A stretch of DNA of 64,000 nucleotides, from positions 7,792 to 71,791 of the forward strand of contig CABPYL010000004.1 in assembly GCA_902461565.1 (NCBI GenBank). The letters run 5' to 3'. Positions 36,877 through 47,967 of the stretch are shown piece by piece; positions within the stretch are counted from its first letter, which is position 1; each line of letters opens with the position of its first letter. The notes under the pieces were generated by a model that saw only the letters and a program-made list of their open reading frames with translations, was not told the origin of the DNA and made no database searches. The stretch is from an uncultured Porphyromonadaceae bacterium (GTDB lineage: Bacteria > Bacteroidota > Bacteroidia > Bacteroidales > Muribaculaceae). A program made the translations under genes and the position numbers.

Positions 36877-39657
36877 TCAGCGAACGATGAACTTCTTGCC
36901 GTCGCGGATATAGAGGCCTGGTGCTGTAGCATTCTTAACCTCGATACCCTGGATGTTGTAGATGCGGCCGTCGGCGGGACGCTGAGCGGGAGCAACTTCG
37001 ATATCCTCGACACCGGTAGTTTCCTCGATAACTTTTGCAACTTCTTCTTTGGTAGTGTCGGCACCGTAGTATACGATGCGGAAGTTGTCGGTTACTACCC
37101 AGTCTTTTTTGGTGTATTCGCCTTCGGGCTTGGCAACGGCGATAAAGAGGTCGCCGGCTTCGCTGAGATTGATAACGGTGTGTGCGCTGTAGAGACCGAG
37201 GCGGAACCATTCGGTAGCCTGGTTAACGTACTGGGGATAGTAGTACTTGGTGCCGTCGGTAGCGGTTACTTCGGCGCCCTGGCCGGGAGCTGTGCCACCT
37301 GCATTGGTAATGTTGGGGAGTTCAACGTCATCTTCAGGTTCATTGCCTGCCTGGAGGAATGCGTAGGATACTTTTTCGTTGTCGGGCTGGCCGGGAATCA
37401 GCACTTCCTGCTCGTCTACGATTTCGGTAGCGTTGGCATGGTCGCCATTGCGGTAGAAGCCGTTAACCCATACGGCATAGATACCTGCGGGCATGTTCTG
37501 CACATTCTGGCTGATTTCGCAGTTTGCGGAATCCCAGGATTCGGCTGCAAAGTCGTTGTGGTTGTCGCCGCGGCCCCAGATGGTAGAGTTGGTGAAGTTC
37601 CATACGCTGTCGTCCACACGCTGGCAGAAGCCGGGGTTGATTATACGGTACGAAAGATCTACGGGGTTCTCGAGAGAAGCTTTTTCAATCAAGGCGTCGC
37701 GTTCAGCGGCGGTAACGAGTTTCCACTGAGCGTTAAGGTCGTTGGGGTCGAGATTGCGGCATTCGGTGCCTACGGTTGTCTCGTCGCGCTGACCCTGATC
37801 AACGCTTGCTTCGGGATTCCATGCAACATGTACGTCGGGATAATCGGCCTGGAAGATGTTGTAAACGTTCTCCTTGCCTTCTACGGGTTTGAAGAGCCAC
37901 TGGCCTGCGATACCGCAGTCCATATAGCCACGGTAGTTCATGTAATGGTTGTTTTCGCCGTTGTACAGACCGGTATTGATGTGGAATGTGCCTGCGGCAG
38001 CCTCGTCTTCGGTAGCTTCGAGGGTGATGATGAGGCCTGGCATGCCAAGAGCGGCGTGTGCACCCCAGTCGGAACCGCCCATGAGGAACTGTTTCTGGCC
38101 TACGTTGTAGAGGTAGAATTCACCAACAGCTGCGGGCTGGCCGGGGAATATGTCGGCGTGGGTATAGGCTGCGGCACGCAGACGGGCAATGCGGATAAGA
38201 TAGAGAGCGCGGTTGAAGTCGTCGCGTGTTGCGGCGGTTGTGAAAACAGTTTCGGCATTGGCGGTGTTGACTCCGGCAGCCTTGGTTATTGCCAGGATGG
38301 CGTTGAAGTCGCTGATGGTGCCTTTGGACTGGTTTACAACGGTATATATTCCTTCAAGAGTGCTATAGGCCTCCAGGAGTGCAGTGGAGCTTGTTGCATT
38401 CTTTAGAGCTGCGGTTGCATCTTCAATGGCTTTTGTGATCTGGGCAATCTGGGGGAGTTCCTTAGCCTTTTCGATGAGTTCGCTGAGCTGGTTGCGGAGC
38501 GGAGTGAGGTCCTCTGCGATGGGATCGGAACTTACGTAGCGGAGATAGAAGCGTTTGTAGATAAGCCAGTCGCGGTGGTCGTATTCAGCTTTTTCTATAC
38601 CAACGGTAAGTGTGCCGTCGGTAACACCGGCCTGGATGTAGGGATTAACGTATGCGCCGTCGAACATTGCGCGGCTGGCGTCGTTGGTGCTGTTGGGAAC
38701 CCATTTGTTGGCTGTCTCGGCAAAGTAGCTGTAGCCGTCGGTCTGTTCGTCCTTAGCCTGAGCGAAAATCGACATCACAGTACCTTTAGTTGCGCCGGCA
38801 AAGTATTGGGCACGAAGGTTTTCAGTGCCGTCGAGATATCGCTGCTGAAGCTCTACGCTTTCAATTTCGGTATCGCGGTAGTAGGCCTGTACGGCGAATT
38901 CGTAAGTACCGGTAGGCAGTCCGGTGAGCTTGACAGAGTTGTTGAATATAATCTGGTGCCAGTATTCCTGTACGGGATATCCGTTCGAGCCTCCGAAACC
39001 GTCGCTGCCGCCGCGTGTATTGTCGACATTGCGCAGCCACTGGTCGATACGGTGGTCGTTGCGGCCGAGGTCAAAGCCGGGAATGAGCCAGGATGCGTCA
39101 ACGGGACCGTTCTTTACCTGCTCCTGCATCACGCGGAGGCGTTCTGCACGCGAAACAAGCTGCCATGTGAAGTCCTGAGGGTTATCGGAAAGTTCGCCGT
39201 CGGATGCACCGATATAGATATCGTTTGCGATGGCGCTGCGCTCGCCGGTACCTTCGGGAGTAGCCTTGGCGGAGATACGGTATGCGTTGGTTACACCGTC
39301 TACGGTAACAGGTTCAAAAATCCAGTCGGTGAGGTCGCGGTCGGGCTGATCGAGATAGAAACGGTCCTGGTCCGCCCCGTTAAGGCTACCGTTGTTTGTG
39401 AAGTTACAGAAAATGGAATAGCCGTTGTACCCTTCGGGTTTACGCAGTTCAACATCGATACCGTCGTTACCGAGGACCGAGAATGTTGTCCATGTGTCAA
39501 AAATCTTGTGGTTAGGTTCGAGCCACTTTCCTGTTTCAACCTGATAGAGGTAGAAGGAACCGGTGGCGGCTTCACTTCCCTGATAGGGAGAGCTTACAGC
39601 CCACGCCGACATTGCGGACATGAAAGCCGCACATGCGAGTAATTGTTTTCCTTTCAT
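36877..39657 (-). CDS. Secreted protein with an internal duplication and a T9SS-type C-terminal sorting domain
   Basis: Signal peptide; two homologous halves; C-terminal TGVEDI...GRIYNIQGIEVKNATAPGLYIRDGKKFIVR. Confidence 0.8.
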   Translation of the reverse strand: MKGKQLLACAAFMSAMSAWAVSSPYQGSEAATGSFYLYQVETGKWLEPNHKIFDTWTTFSVLGNDGIDVELRKPEGYNGYSIFCNFTNNGSLNGADQDRFYLDQPDRDLTDWIFEPVTVDGVTNAYRISAKATPEGTGERSAIANDIYIGASDGELSDNPQDFTWQLVSRAERLRVMQEQVKNGPVDASWLIPGFDLGRNDHRIDQWLRNVDNTRGGSDGFGGSNGYPVQEYWHQIIFNNSVKLTGLPTGTYEFAVQAYYRDTEIESVELQQRYLDGTENLRAQYFAGATKGTVMSIFAQAKDEQTDGYSYFAETANKWVPNSTNDASRAMFDGAYVNPYIQAGVTDGTLTVGIEKAEYDHRDWLIYKRFYLRYVSSDPIAEDLTPLRNQLSELIEKAKELPQIAQITKAIEDATAALKNATSSTALLEAYSTLEGIYTVVNQSKGTISDFNAILAITKAAGVNTANAETVFTTAATRDDFNRALYLIRIARLRAAAYTHADIFPGQPAAVGEFYLYNVGQKQFLMGGSDWGAHAALGMPGLIITLEATEDEAAAGTFHINTGLYNGENNHYMNYRGYMDCGIAGQWLFKPVEGKENVYNIFQADYPDVHVAWNPEASVDQGQRDETTVGTECRNLDPNDLNAQWKLVTAAERDALIEKASLENPVDLSYRIINPGFCQRVDDSVWNFTNSTIWGRGDNHNDFAAESWDSANCEISQNVQNMPAGIYAVWVNGFYRNGDHANATEIVDEQEVLIPGQPDNEKVSYAFLQAGNEPEDDVELPNITNAGGTAPGQGAEVTATDGTKYYYPQYVNQATEWFRLGLYSAHTVINLSEAGDLFIAVAKPEGEYTKKDWVVTDNFRIVYYGADTTKEEVAKVIEETTGVEDIEVAPAQRPADGRIYNIQGIEVKNATAPGLYIRDGKKFIVR

Positions 39658-39736
39658 AAGGTGAAATGTTAGATATTGGTTTTTCGGTTATATAATAGGA
39701 TATATATAATTTACGGTATCGATTTCTTCGGTGCTG

Positions 39737-39900
39737 CAAAATTAAGTATACGCGTAATGGTTGACGGAGCAATATCTTTTCAAAAAAAAGCACATTCTTG
39801 TCAAATACGCGGTTGCACGGCTGTTTTCCGAAAATGAATAGATATTTCTCTTTTTTGATTAACCTTTCATGTATACATAGGTTTTGGCCGTCTAATTTTG
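39737..39900. promoter_or_regulatory. Divergent promoters (TAATTTTG minus 39737-39744; TAATTTTG plus 39893-39900), each with a degenerate 21-bp-period repeat
   Basis: Minus: TGACA(39803)/TGAAA(39782). Plus: TGAAT(39835)/TGATT(39856). Proximal units are 38 and 37 bp from their -7 boxes. Confidence 0.6.
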
Positions 39901-39976
39901 CATTCGTAATTTCCCCGACAAATATTTCGGCCCTTCTTATACACGAACCAATATCAGTTCACATACCGTAAATGTA

Positions 39977-42049
39977 ATGCTACGAACAATAAAAACGAAA
40001 CACACATCCGCACTCAGTTTTCTGGCTGCACTCACTGTTACCGTAGGTATGACAGGTAGCGCGGACGCCTCTGTAACTGTTGTGGATCGCCCGTTAGACG
40101 GCGTGAGCAACAACTACACCAATTTCCGCACGCCACTGCAGAAGGCTCCGTTGCTGAAACTGCCTGTGGGTAAGGTACAGCCGAAAGGCTGGCTCCGCAA
40201 ATATCTCGAACTGCAGCGCGACGGGCTCAACGGCCACCTTGGTGAAATCAGTGCCTGGCTCGACAAGAACAACAACCAGTGGCTGAGCGACAGCGGCGAC
40301 CACGGTTGGGAGGAGGTCCCCTATTGGCTGCGCGGCTACAGCTCGCTGGCATATATTCTCGACGACGAGACAATGAAAAAAGAGGCTCAGGTGTGGTTCG
40401 ACGCCGTGCTACGCAATATCAAGGAAGACGGATTCATCGGTCCGCGCAACACCGAAAACGGCAACCCCGAACTGTGGGCCCAGATGGTGATGCTGTGGGC
40501 GCTCCAGACATATTACGAATACAGTGGCGACAGGGCTGTGCTTGATGCCATGACCGGCTATTTCAATTACGAGCTTACTGTGCCCGACGATAAGTTCCTC
40601 AAAGGTCTGTGGCAGGAGAAGCGCGGAGGCGACAATCTCTGGAGCGTGCTGTGGCTGTACAACCGTACCGGCGACGAGGCTCTTCTGCCGCTCGCAGACA
40701 AATTGCACCGTTGCACATCCGACTGGACACAGAACGGGACACTACCTAACTGGCATGGGGTGAATGTGGCGCAGGGTTTCCGGGAACCGGCTACATATTA
40801 TATGTATAACGGCGACAAGGCCATGCTTGAGGCAAGCTACAATAATTTCAATATCATGCGCGAGCTCTACGGTCAGATGCCCGGAGGCATGTATGCCGCC
40901 GACGAGAACGCACGTCAGGGTTACTTCGACCCACGCCAGGGAGCGGAGACCTGTGCGCTGGTAGAGCAGATGGCGTCCGATGAGATTCTTATGGGCATTA
41001 CCGGAGATCCTTTCTGGGCGGACCACTGCGAGAATGTTGCTCTGAACACTTTCACAGCCTCGATGACTCCCGATATGAAGGCTCTCAGATATCTTACCGC
41101 CGCCAATATGGCCGTCAGCGATGAAAAACTGCATGGACCGTCCATCGACAACAACCTGCGCGGTATGCTGTCAATGAGTCCATTCAGTAGCCGTTGCTGT
41201 CAGCATAACCACGGCATGGGATGGCCCTACTACGCCGAGCATCTTGTAATGGCTACGGCCGACAACGGTCTTGCAACCATGCTTTATGCTGCCAACACTA
41301 CCACAGCCAATGTGGCCGGCAACATACCCGTTACCCTCACAGAAACCACCAACTATCCTTTTGATGAAACTGTAACCCTCACTCTTGCCACCGGTAAAGC
41401 AGTGGAGTTCCCGCTGTACCTGCGTATTCCCGCATGGGCCAAAGACTGCTCGGTTGCCGTGAACGGCAAGCCTCAGTCTGTATCAGATGCTGCGGGCCGC
41501 TATGTACGTATCGCCCGCAAGTGGAAAAACGGCGATGTTGTAACGCTCACTCTGCCGATGACAGTTACAGCTCAGGTATGGCAGCAGAACCAGTCGAGCG
41601 TGAGCGTGAATTACGGTCCGCTCACACTATCGCTCAAGATAGACGAAAATATAGAGGCGCACGACAGCCGCGACAGAGAATTCGTGCAGGACGATTCGCA
41701 CTGGCAGCCCGGAGTGGACGCCTCGCAGTGGCCATGCTATGTATATAAACCCGGCTCCGACTGGAATTATGCCTTGAAAGTAGACTCCGATAACATTCCC
41801 GTACAGTTCAAAATTACCAAAAGGGATTATCCTGCCGACGACATGCCTTTTACCATCGGAAATGTGCCTTTCGAGTTCTCGGCTGTCGGCGTGAAGATTC
41901 CATCGTGGGGTTACGATAGTACGGGCATGACCGACGTTCTTCCATCCGGAGATGCTTCGCGCGACCGGGAGGAGACACCGCTGAAACTTATACCGATGGG
42001 TGCTGCCCGTCTGCGCGTATCGGCATTCCCGCGCGAAGTTGTTAAATAG
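39977..42049 (+). CDS. GH127/GH146-like beta-L-arabinofuranosidase-domain protein
   Basis: Signal peptide; PKGWL, WEEVPYWLRG, HGVNVAQG, AETC, RCCQHNH (Cys/Zn site), TNYPF, LRIPAWA, YGPL. Confidence 0.8.
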   Translation: MLRTIKTKHTSALSFLAALTVTVGMTGSADASVTVVDRPLDGVSNNYTNFRTPLQKAPLLKLPVGKVQPKGWLRKYLELQRDGLNGHLGEISAWLDKNNNQWLSDSGDHGWEEVPYWLRGYSSLAYILDDETMKKEAQVWFDAVLRNIKEDGFIGPRNTENGNPELWAQMVMLWALQTYYEYSGDRAVLDAMTGYFNYELTVPDDKFLKGLWQEKRGGDNLWSVLWLYNRTGDEALLPLADKLHRCTSDWTQNGTLPNWHGVNVAQGFREPATYYMYNGDKAMLEASYNNFNIMRELYGQMPGGMYAADENARQGYFDPRQGAETCALVEQMASDEILMGITGDPFWADHCENVALNTFTASMTPDMKALRYLTAANMAVSDEKLHGPSIDNNLRGMLSMSPFSSRCCQHNHGMGWPYYAEHLVMATADNGLATMLYAANTTTANVAGNIPVTLTETTNYPFDETVTLTLATGKAVEFPLYLRIPAWAKDCSVAVNGKPQSVSDAAGRYVRIARKWKNGDVVTLTLPMTVTAQVWQQNQSSVSVNYGPLTLSLKIDENIEAHDSRDREFVQDDSHWQPGVDASQWPCYVYKPGSDWNYALKVDSDNIPVQFKITKRDYPADDMPFTIGNVPFEFSAVGVKIPSWGYDSTGMTDVLPSGDASRDREETPLKLIPMGAARLRVSAFPREVVK

Positions 42050-42088
42050 AGAACATTCACAAGTATAAATTAATATTCAAAATAAATC

Positions 42089-45000
42089 ATGAAACGTATC
42101 ACAACGCTTTTCGCAATAGCTATTGCGGCATCGTCGGTTTCTGTTTCGGCTGCAGGGCCGAAGGCATCCGATTTTGTGCCGTACAAGACCAACGAGTTGC
42201 GTCTGCCTTCGGTGCCGTTGCTTATCAACGACCCGTTCTTCTCCATCTGGTCCAACTACGATGCTCTTAATGCCGGTCCCACAACCCATTGGAGCGAACA
42301 CGAAAAAGCCCTGAACGGCATTCTGCGCGTCGACGGTACCGCATACCGCTTTATGGGTCCCGAGCGCTCCAACGTGCTTGTTCCCATCGCAGGAATGACC
42401 GTTGACGGCGCCGACTGGAGCGGTCGCGTAAACTATAACCCAATGACGGGTACGGCATGGACCCAGCCCGGTTTTGATGACAGTTCATGGAAAACCGAGC
42501 GTGCCGCATGGGGTACCGAGGGCGAATATCCTAATGTTCACAATGTATGGAAAGGCGATAACAAAGATATTTATGTGCGCCGCACAGTAAATCTCAGTGC
42601 CGACGACCTAAAGAAAAATCTTGCCGTGCAATATTCGCACGATGATGTTTTCGAACTTTACATAAACGGCAAACGCGTTGTCTCCACTGGCGAGACATGG
42701 CGCCAGGGCGAAATCACCAACTTGAGCGACACCCAGAAGGGATGGCTCAAGGAGGGCGAGAATGTTATCGCTGCCCATTGCCATAATACATCGGGAGGCT
42801 CGTACATCGACTTCGGCTTGTATGAAAACCTTATCCAGTCGTCGGATGCCATGCAGATGGCTCGACAGAACTCCTGCGACGTTATGGCTACCAGCACATA
42901 TTATAATTTCACCTGCGGCCCTGTCAATTTCGATGTAGTTTTCACGGCTCCGATGCTCATAGACAATCCGGATCTCATATCAACACCTATAAACTACATT
43001 TCCTATCAGGTGAAGTCGGCCGACGGTAAGAAACACGACGTTCAGTTCTATCTTTCCGCATCGCCGCAGTTCACTGTCAACGAGATGACACAGCCTACGC
43101 TTTCGTCTATCGTTAAAGAGAACGGCGTGCGCTATCTCAAATCCGGTTCCGAGGAACAGAACTACTGCGGCCGCACCGGCGATATGATTACAATAGACTG
43201 GGGCTACCTATACATTCCTGCCATCAACGGCGATATAGCTATCGCAAACCAACTGGATGCCGAACGAGCTTTCGTTGCCGACGGCAAACTACCGCAGAGT
43301 GCCAGCGGCACTGTAAGAAGCACCAGCCACGCAACCATGCCGGCTCTCGCATTTGTAAATGATCTCGGCAAAGTAAGCGAGGCCCGCGACTACATGATGA
43401 TAGGCTACGATGAGGTGTACGACATGGAGTACATGCACAAAAAGTATAAAGCCTACTATGCCCGCGACGGCAAAACCATCTTCCAGGCATTTGACGAATT
43501 CAAGCGCGACTACAACGACCTGATGAAGCGCTCCAAAGAACTCGACAAGAAAATATACGATGACGCTCTTGCCGCAGGCAACGTCAAGTATGCCGAAATG
43601 CTCGCCGCCAATTACCGTCTCGTCATGGGTGCGCATAAAGTGTTCCAGGACGATAAAGGCCACATGCTTTATTTCTCCAAGGAAAACAAGTCGGGCGGTT
43701 TCGTCAACACCGTCGACCTCACATACCCCGAATGTCCCATCTATCTGCTGTACAATCCCGAATTACAGAAGGGTATGATGTTTTCCATCTTCGATTATGC
43801 TCTTTCGCCCGAACGCGCCGGTAAAAACTGTGCCGCACACGACCTCGGTATCTATCCTCAGGCCAACGGCATGCACTACGGCGATTCCATGCCTCTCGAG
43901 GAATCCGCCAACATGATAATCCTTGCCAACGCCATCTGCCGCATTACCGGCGACGGCGAATGGCTCAAACCTTATGTCAAGGTACTGCGTACATGGGCCG
44001 AATATTGCCGCGAAAACGGCCAAAATCCCGGTCATCAGCTCTGTACCGACGACTTCAAGGGTCCCAGCGAACAGAATACAAACCTTTCGCTCAAGGCTAT
44101 CACGGCAGTGGGCGCATACGCCGAACTTGCCAAATACATCGGTGATAAGGATGCCGATTCGTTTGCTGAATCCGCAAAGAACATGGCTCTGCTTTGGGAA
44201 GCCGACGCACGCGACGGCGACCACTACCGCATGGAATTCCATCGTCCGGGTACATGGAGCCAGAAATACAACCTTGTATGGGATCGCATGTGGGGCTATA
44301 ATTATTTCCCTGCCGAAATTATAGACCGCGAAATCAATTTCTATCTCAACCATCAGCAGAAATACGGTTTGCCTCTCGACAGCCGAGACATGCAGACAAA
44401 GAGCGACTGGATTTTCTGGACCGCCTCCCTCGCACCCGATACCGATACGTTCCTGCGTTTCTCAGACCTTCACTGGAAATACATGAACGAGACTACTTCG
44501 CGCATTCCTTTGAGCGACTTCTATCTCGCCGACCGCGGTACAAGTTGCAATTTCAGCGGTCGCTCGGTAATCGGTGGCCTGTGGATCAAGATTCTCAAAG
44601 ACCGGATCCAGCCTGCTCCCGCGCAGACAGCATGGGAACCCAAGGGGAACCACATGAAAACACGCTGGGCTGCCGATGTAAATCCCGACTGCCCGCTGCC
44701 AGAATATCCTCGTCCCATCATGGTGCGTAACGACTGGATGAATCTCAATGGCTTGTGGGACTATGCAATCACCGATGGCGGTACGCCCTCCGGATATGAC
44801 GGCAAGATTCTCGTTCCCTATCCTATTGAATCGTCTCTTTCGGGTGTTATGCGTCCCCTCGAACCCGGAAAGACATTGTGGTACAAGCGCGAGGTAAACA
44901 TTCCCTCGTCGTGGAACGGCAAACGCGTTATCCTCAACTTCGGCGCTGTAGACTATGATGCCGACGTATATGTGAACGGTACTACCGGCCGCTATCTCGT

Positions 45001-46606
45001 GGCATCGCACAAGGGCGGACATTCCGCTTTCTCGGCCGATATAACGAACAAACTGAAATCCGGCGCCAATACAATCTATGTTAAGGTTGTGGACAAGACC
45101 GACGAGAACGGCCAGCCAGTAGGCAAGCAGCGCCGTTATCCCAACGGCGGAGGCGACATTTTCTATACTTCTACCTCCGGTATCTGGCAGACTGTGTGGC
45201 TCGAGCCTGTTGAAAGCACATATGCAGAAAGCATTCGTATCACCCCCGATGTAGATAACTCCACAATCTCTTTTCTGCCCGTTATCAAGGACGGCAATGG
45301 TGCGACCGTCTATGTAACTCTTAAGGACGGCGAGAATGTAGTAGCTGCCAAATCGGGCGCCGCCGGCGAGGAGATTGTGCTTGATGTGCCTGCAGCAAAG
45401 CTGTGGAGCCCCGATAGTCCCTTCCTTTATAATGTAGAGGTATCTGTGGACAAGAACGGCAAGACCGTAGATGCTTTCGACAGCTATGCAGCTATGCGCA
45501 AGATTTCCTATGCCAAGAACGACGCCGGTTTCTGGCGCCTCCAGCTCAACAACAAAGATCTGTTTCAGTTCGGTCTGCTTGACCAGGGCTACTGGCCCGA
45601 CGGTCTGCTCACAGCTCCTACCGACGAAGCTCTGCGCTACGATATCGAAAAGACAAAGGAATGGGGCTTCAATATGATCCGCAAGCACATGAAGACCGAA
45701 CCTGCACGCTGGTATCGCCACTGCGACGAACTCGGTATCCTTGTATGGCAGGACATGCCGGCCGCTTATCGTTCAGATGAAAACTGGGTAACTGAGACAT
45801 GGTATCCAGAACACGCGTGCTCACAGGATCCAACAGTGGAGAAAAATTTCCGCAACGAGTGGACCGAAATAATCAATCAGTTCTATTCCTATCCCTGCAT
45901 TGTGGTATGGACTCCTTTCAACGAGCATTGGGGACAGTTCAAGACTGCCGAAATAGTTGCCTTTACCCAGAACCTCGACAACACGCGTTTAATCAACCCC
46001 GCCAGCGGCGGTAACCATTACCGCCTTGGTGAAGGAACCATCGTAGACCAGCATACCTATGCTCAGCCAATCCGTGTATTCGAAGGCATCTTTGACCCCT
46101 CGCGTCCTCTCGTGCTGGGCGAGTACGGTGGTCTTGGCCGCAATATCAAGGGACACCGCTGGTTTGAACGCGATGCACAGACCTACAATACGTATCCCAG
46201 CGAACGTTCCATAACCGATGCGTTCGACCGTCTTTCCAGTCAGATCCGCGACATCGCCGAGGGCTATGAGTCCGAAGCCGGCAAGATTTCCTACGGTGCG
46301 GCCGTGTATACCCAGACTACCGATGTGGAAACTGAGGTAAACGGTATCATGACCTACGACCGTGAGATTGTGAAGTTCAACGAAAACCGTCTGCGTGCCG
46401 CTGTCGACAGATTGACAGGTGTGTACGAGACTTCCGGAGTAAACGGCGTGCGCGTCGAACCTTTCGAGGGCGACACTGTGTACTACAATATCAACGGTGT
46501 GAGTTCCGACCGCCCTTTCAACGGATTCAATATCGTCAAGGACTCCAGAGGCCGTACACACAAAGTGATGTTTACCAATGCCGAATCTGATAACGAGAAA
46601 ATCTGA
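42089..46606 (+). CDS. Fusion of DUF4964/DUF5127/DUF4965 'glutaminase A-like' module + GH2 + T9SS-type C-terminal domain
   Basis: N-half [51 protein letters not shown]-half [45 protein letters not shown]-terminal YYNING...GFNIV...KV. Confidence 0.85.
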   Translation: MKRITTLFAIAIAASSVSVSAAGPKASDFVPYKTNELRLPSVPLLINDPFFSIWSNYDALNAGPTTHWSEHEKALNGILRVDGTAYRFMGPERSNVLVPIAGMTVDGADWSGRVNYNPMTGTAWTQPGFDDSSWKTERAAWGTEGEYPNVHNVWKGDNKDIYVRRTVNLSADDLKKNLAVQYSHDDVFELYINGKRVVSTGETWRQGEITNLSDTQKGWLKEGENVIAAHCHNTSGGSYIDFGLYENLIQSSDAMQMARQNSCDVMATSTYYNFTCGPVNFDVVFTAPMLIDNPDLISTPINYISYQVKSADGKKHDVQFYLSASPQFTVNEMTQPTLSSIVKENGVRYLKSGSEEQNYCGRTGDMITIDWGYLYIPAINGDIAIANQLDAERAFVADGKLPQSASGTVRSTSHATMPALAFVNDLGKVSEARDYMMIGYDEVYDMEYMHKKYKAYYARDGKTIFQAFDEFKRDYNDLMKRSKELDKKIYDDALAAGNVKYAEMLAANYRLVMGAHKVFQDDKGHMLYFSKENKSGGFVNTVDLTYPECPIYLLYNPELQKGMMFSIFDYALSPERAGKNCAAHDLGIYPQANGMHYGDSMPLEESANMIILANAICRITGDGEWLKPYVKVLRTWAEYCRENGQNPGHQLCTDDFKGPSEQNTNLSLKAITAVGAYAELAKYIGDKDADSFAESAKNMALLWEADARDGDHYRMEFHRPGTWSQKYNLVWDRMWGYNYFPAEIIDREINFYLNHQQKYGLPLDSRDMQTKSDWIFWTASLAPDTDTFLRFSDLHWKYMNETTSRIPLSDFYLADRGTSCNFSGRSVIGGLWIKILKDRIQPAPAQTAWEPKGNHMKTRWAADVNPDCPLPEYPRPIMVRNDWMNLNGLWDYAITDGGTPSGYDGKILVPYPIESSLSGVMRPLEPGKTLWYKREVNIPSSWNGKRVILNFGAVDYDADVYVNGTTGRYLVASHKGGHSAFSADITNKLKSGANTIYVKVVDKTDENGQPVGKQRRYPNGGGDIFYTSTSGIWQTVWLEPVESTYAESIRITPDVDNSTISFLPVIKDGNGATVYVTLKDGENVVAAKSGAAGEEIVLDVPAAKLWSPDSPFLYNVEVSVDKNGKTVDAFDSYAAMRKISYAKNDAGFWRLQLNNKDLFQFGLLDQGYWPDGLLTAPTDEALRYDIEKTKEWGFNMIRKHMKTEPARWYRHCDELGILVWQDMPAAYRSDENWVTETWYPEHACSQDPTVEKNFRNEWTEIINQFYSYPCIVVWTPFNEHWGQFKTAEIVAFTQNLDNTRLINPASGGNHYRLGEGTIVDQHTYAQPIRVFEGIFDPSRPLVLGEYGGLGRNIKGHRWFERDAQTYNTYPSERSITDAFDRLSSQIRDIAEGYESEAGKISYGAAVYTQTTDVETEVNGIMTYDREIVKFNENRLRAAVDRLTGVYETSGVNGVRVEPFEGDTVYYNINGVSSDRPFNGFNIVKDSRGRTHKVMFTNAESDNEKI

Positions 46607-47944
46607 GTGGAACACGTAACTGCAAATAAACTAAAACGAATATTGGCAGGACTGTTGCTGTTCTGCATGCTGCCTGTGTCGGCCGTTGCCGCTAAAAGCA
46701 CGGCCGGAGCAGGCCACATAGACGCGTCGACAGCGTTCAAGGCCTATGATGCGTTCAATAAAGTGTACCTCGACACAGAACGCAATATCTACAAGAATAC
46801 AGACCGCGACAAGGCTGCCGTAGGCCGCGACCGTGGCGCCGCAGCCATCTGGTGTCAGCCTATGTTCGTCGATATGGCTATAAACGCCGCCGACCTTGCA
46901 AAACGTGCCGGCGACAAAAAAAGGAGCAGACGTTATTCGGAACTTGTGGACAGATTGCTCGCCGGTAATATTGCCCATTACGCTGGTTTCGACTTCGATG
47001 ACAATGATCTGGATCACGGATGGTTCATCTACGACGATATCCAGTGGTGGACTATCACCCTCTTGCGTGCGTATATGGCTACAGGCAACGAATTGTATCG
47101 AACTTTGGCCGAGAAAAGTTTTGCCCGAGTATGGTACGGATCGCCCCGAGTGGGCGACACAGGCTCGTACGCCGATCCGGCCGTGGCGCTCGGCGGAGGT
47201 ATGTTCTGGCAATGGCAGCCTATCGATAATCCCGCGCCCAACCGCGCCGGCGACGGTAAGATGTCGTGTATCAATTTTCCCACGGTGGCTGCTGCCATGC
47301 TTCTTTATGAATGCGTTCCCGCCGCCCGGAAATCCGACCCGAATCCCGAAGTGTGGACAAATGCGCACGGAACCTTCTGCCGTCCGGCCTACGAGACACG
47401 CGAGCGTTACCTCGAGATGGCCCGAGAGATATACGACTGGAGTTTCAAAAATCTCGCCGACCCGGCAAAGCCCGGACGCATCACCGACCATTCGCACGGT
47501 GGTAAAATGCACGGCGGCCCGTTAATCTATAATCAGGGAACTTTCATAGGTGCGTCGGCATTGCTTTATCTTGCTACCGGCGAGGTCCGCTACCTCCGTA
47601 ATGCCATCGACGGTGCAGAATACTCGATAAACGTAATGTCGGCCGAGCACGGCATGCTTCCCTGGGCTCATAATAATGAGAATCCATATAATCAGGGTAG
47701 CCTGGAGCAGGGTATATATCCGGCTATCTGGGCGCAGTACATGAAAATACTGACCGATCGCTGCAATCAATCGCAGTTTATACCGTTTATTATATATAAC
47801 GCTGCCGAAGGATGGAAAAACCGCGACAAAAACCGCAACATCGCCGACGGTGAGTCGTGGAAAGCAACTCCTTCCGATACCATCATAGGCAGCTACTCAG
47901 CCTCGACAGTACCTTCGCTGATGCTGCTTTTCGCAGAACCCTAA
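46607..47944 (+). CDS. GH76 endo-alpha-1,6-mannanase
   Basis: YDDIQWW catalytic DD motif, GGMFW, CINFPT, YNQGTFIGA; GTG start immediately after the upstream stop. Confidence 0.88.
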   Translation: MEHVTANKLKRILAGLLLFCMLPVSAVAAKSTAGAGHIDASTAFKAYDAFNKVYLDTERNIYKNTDRDKAAVGRDRGAAAIWCQPMFVDMAINAADLAKRAGDKKRSRRYSELVDRLLAGNIAHYAGFDFDDNDLDHGWFIYDDIQWWTITLLRAYMATGNELYRTLAEKSFARVWYGSPRVGDTGSYADPAVALGGGMFWQWQPIDNPAPNRAGDGKMSCINFPTVAAAMLLYECVPAARKSDPNPEVWTNAHGTFCRPAYETRERYLEMAREIYDWSFKNLADPAKPGRITDHSHGGKMHGGPLIYNQGTFIGASALLYLATGEVRYLRNAIDGAEYSINVMSAEHGMLPWAHNNENPYNQGSLEQGIYPAIWAQYMKILTDRCNQSQFIPFIIYNAAEGWKNRDKNRNIADGESWKATPSDTIIGSYSASTVPSLMLLFAEP

Positions 47945-47967
47945 CTAAGAAATAACACATTCCAATC

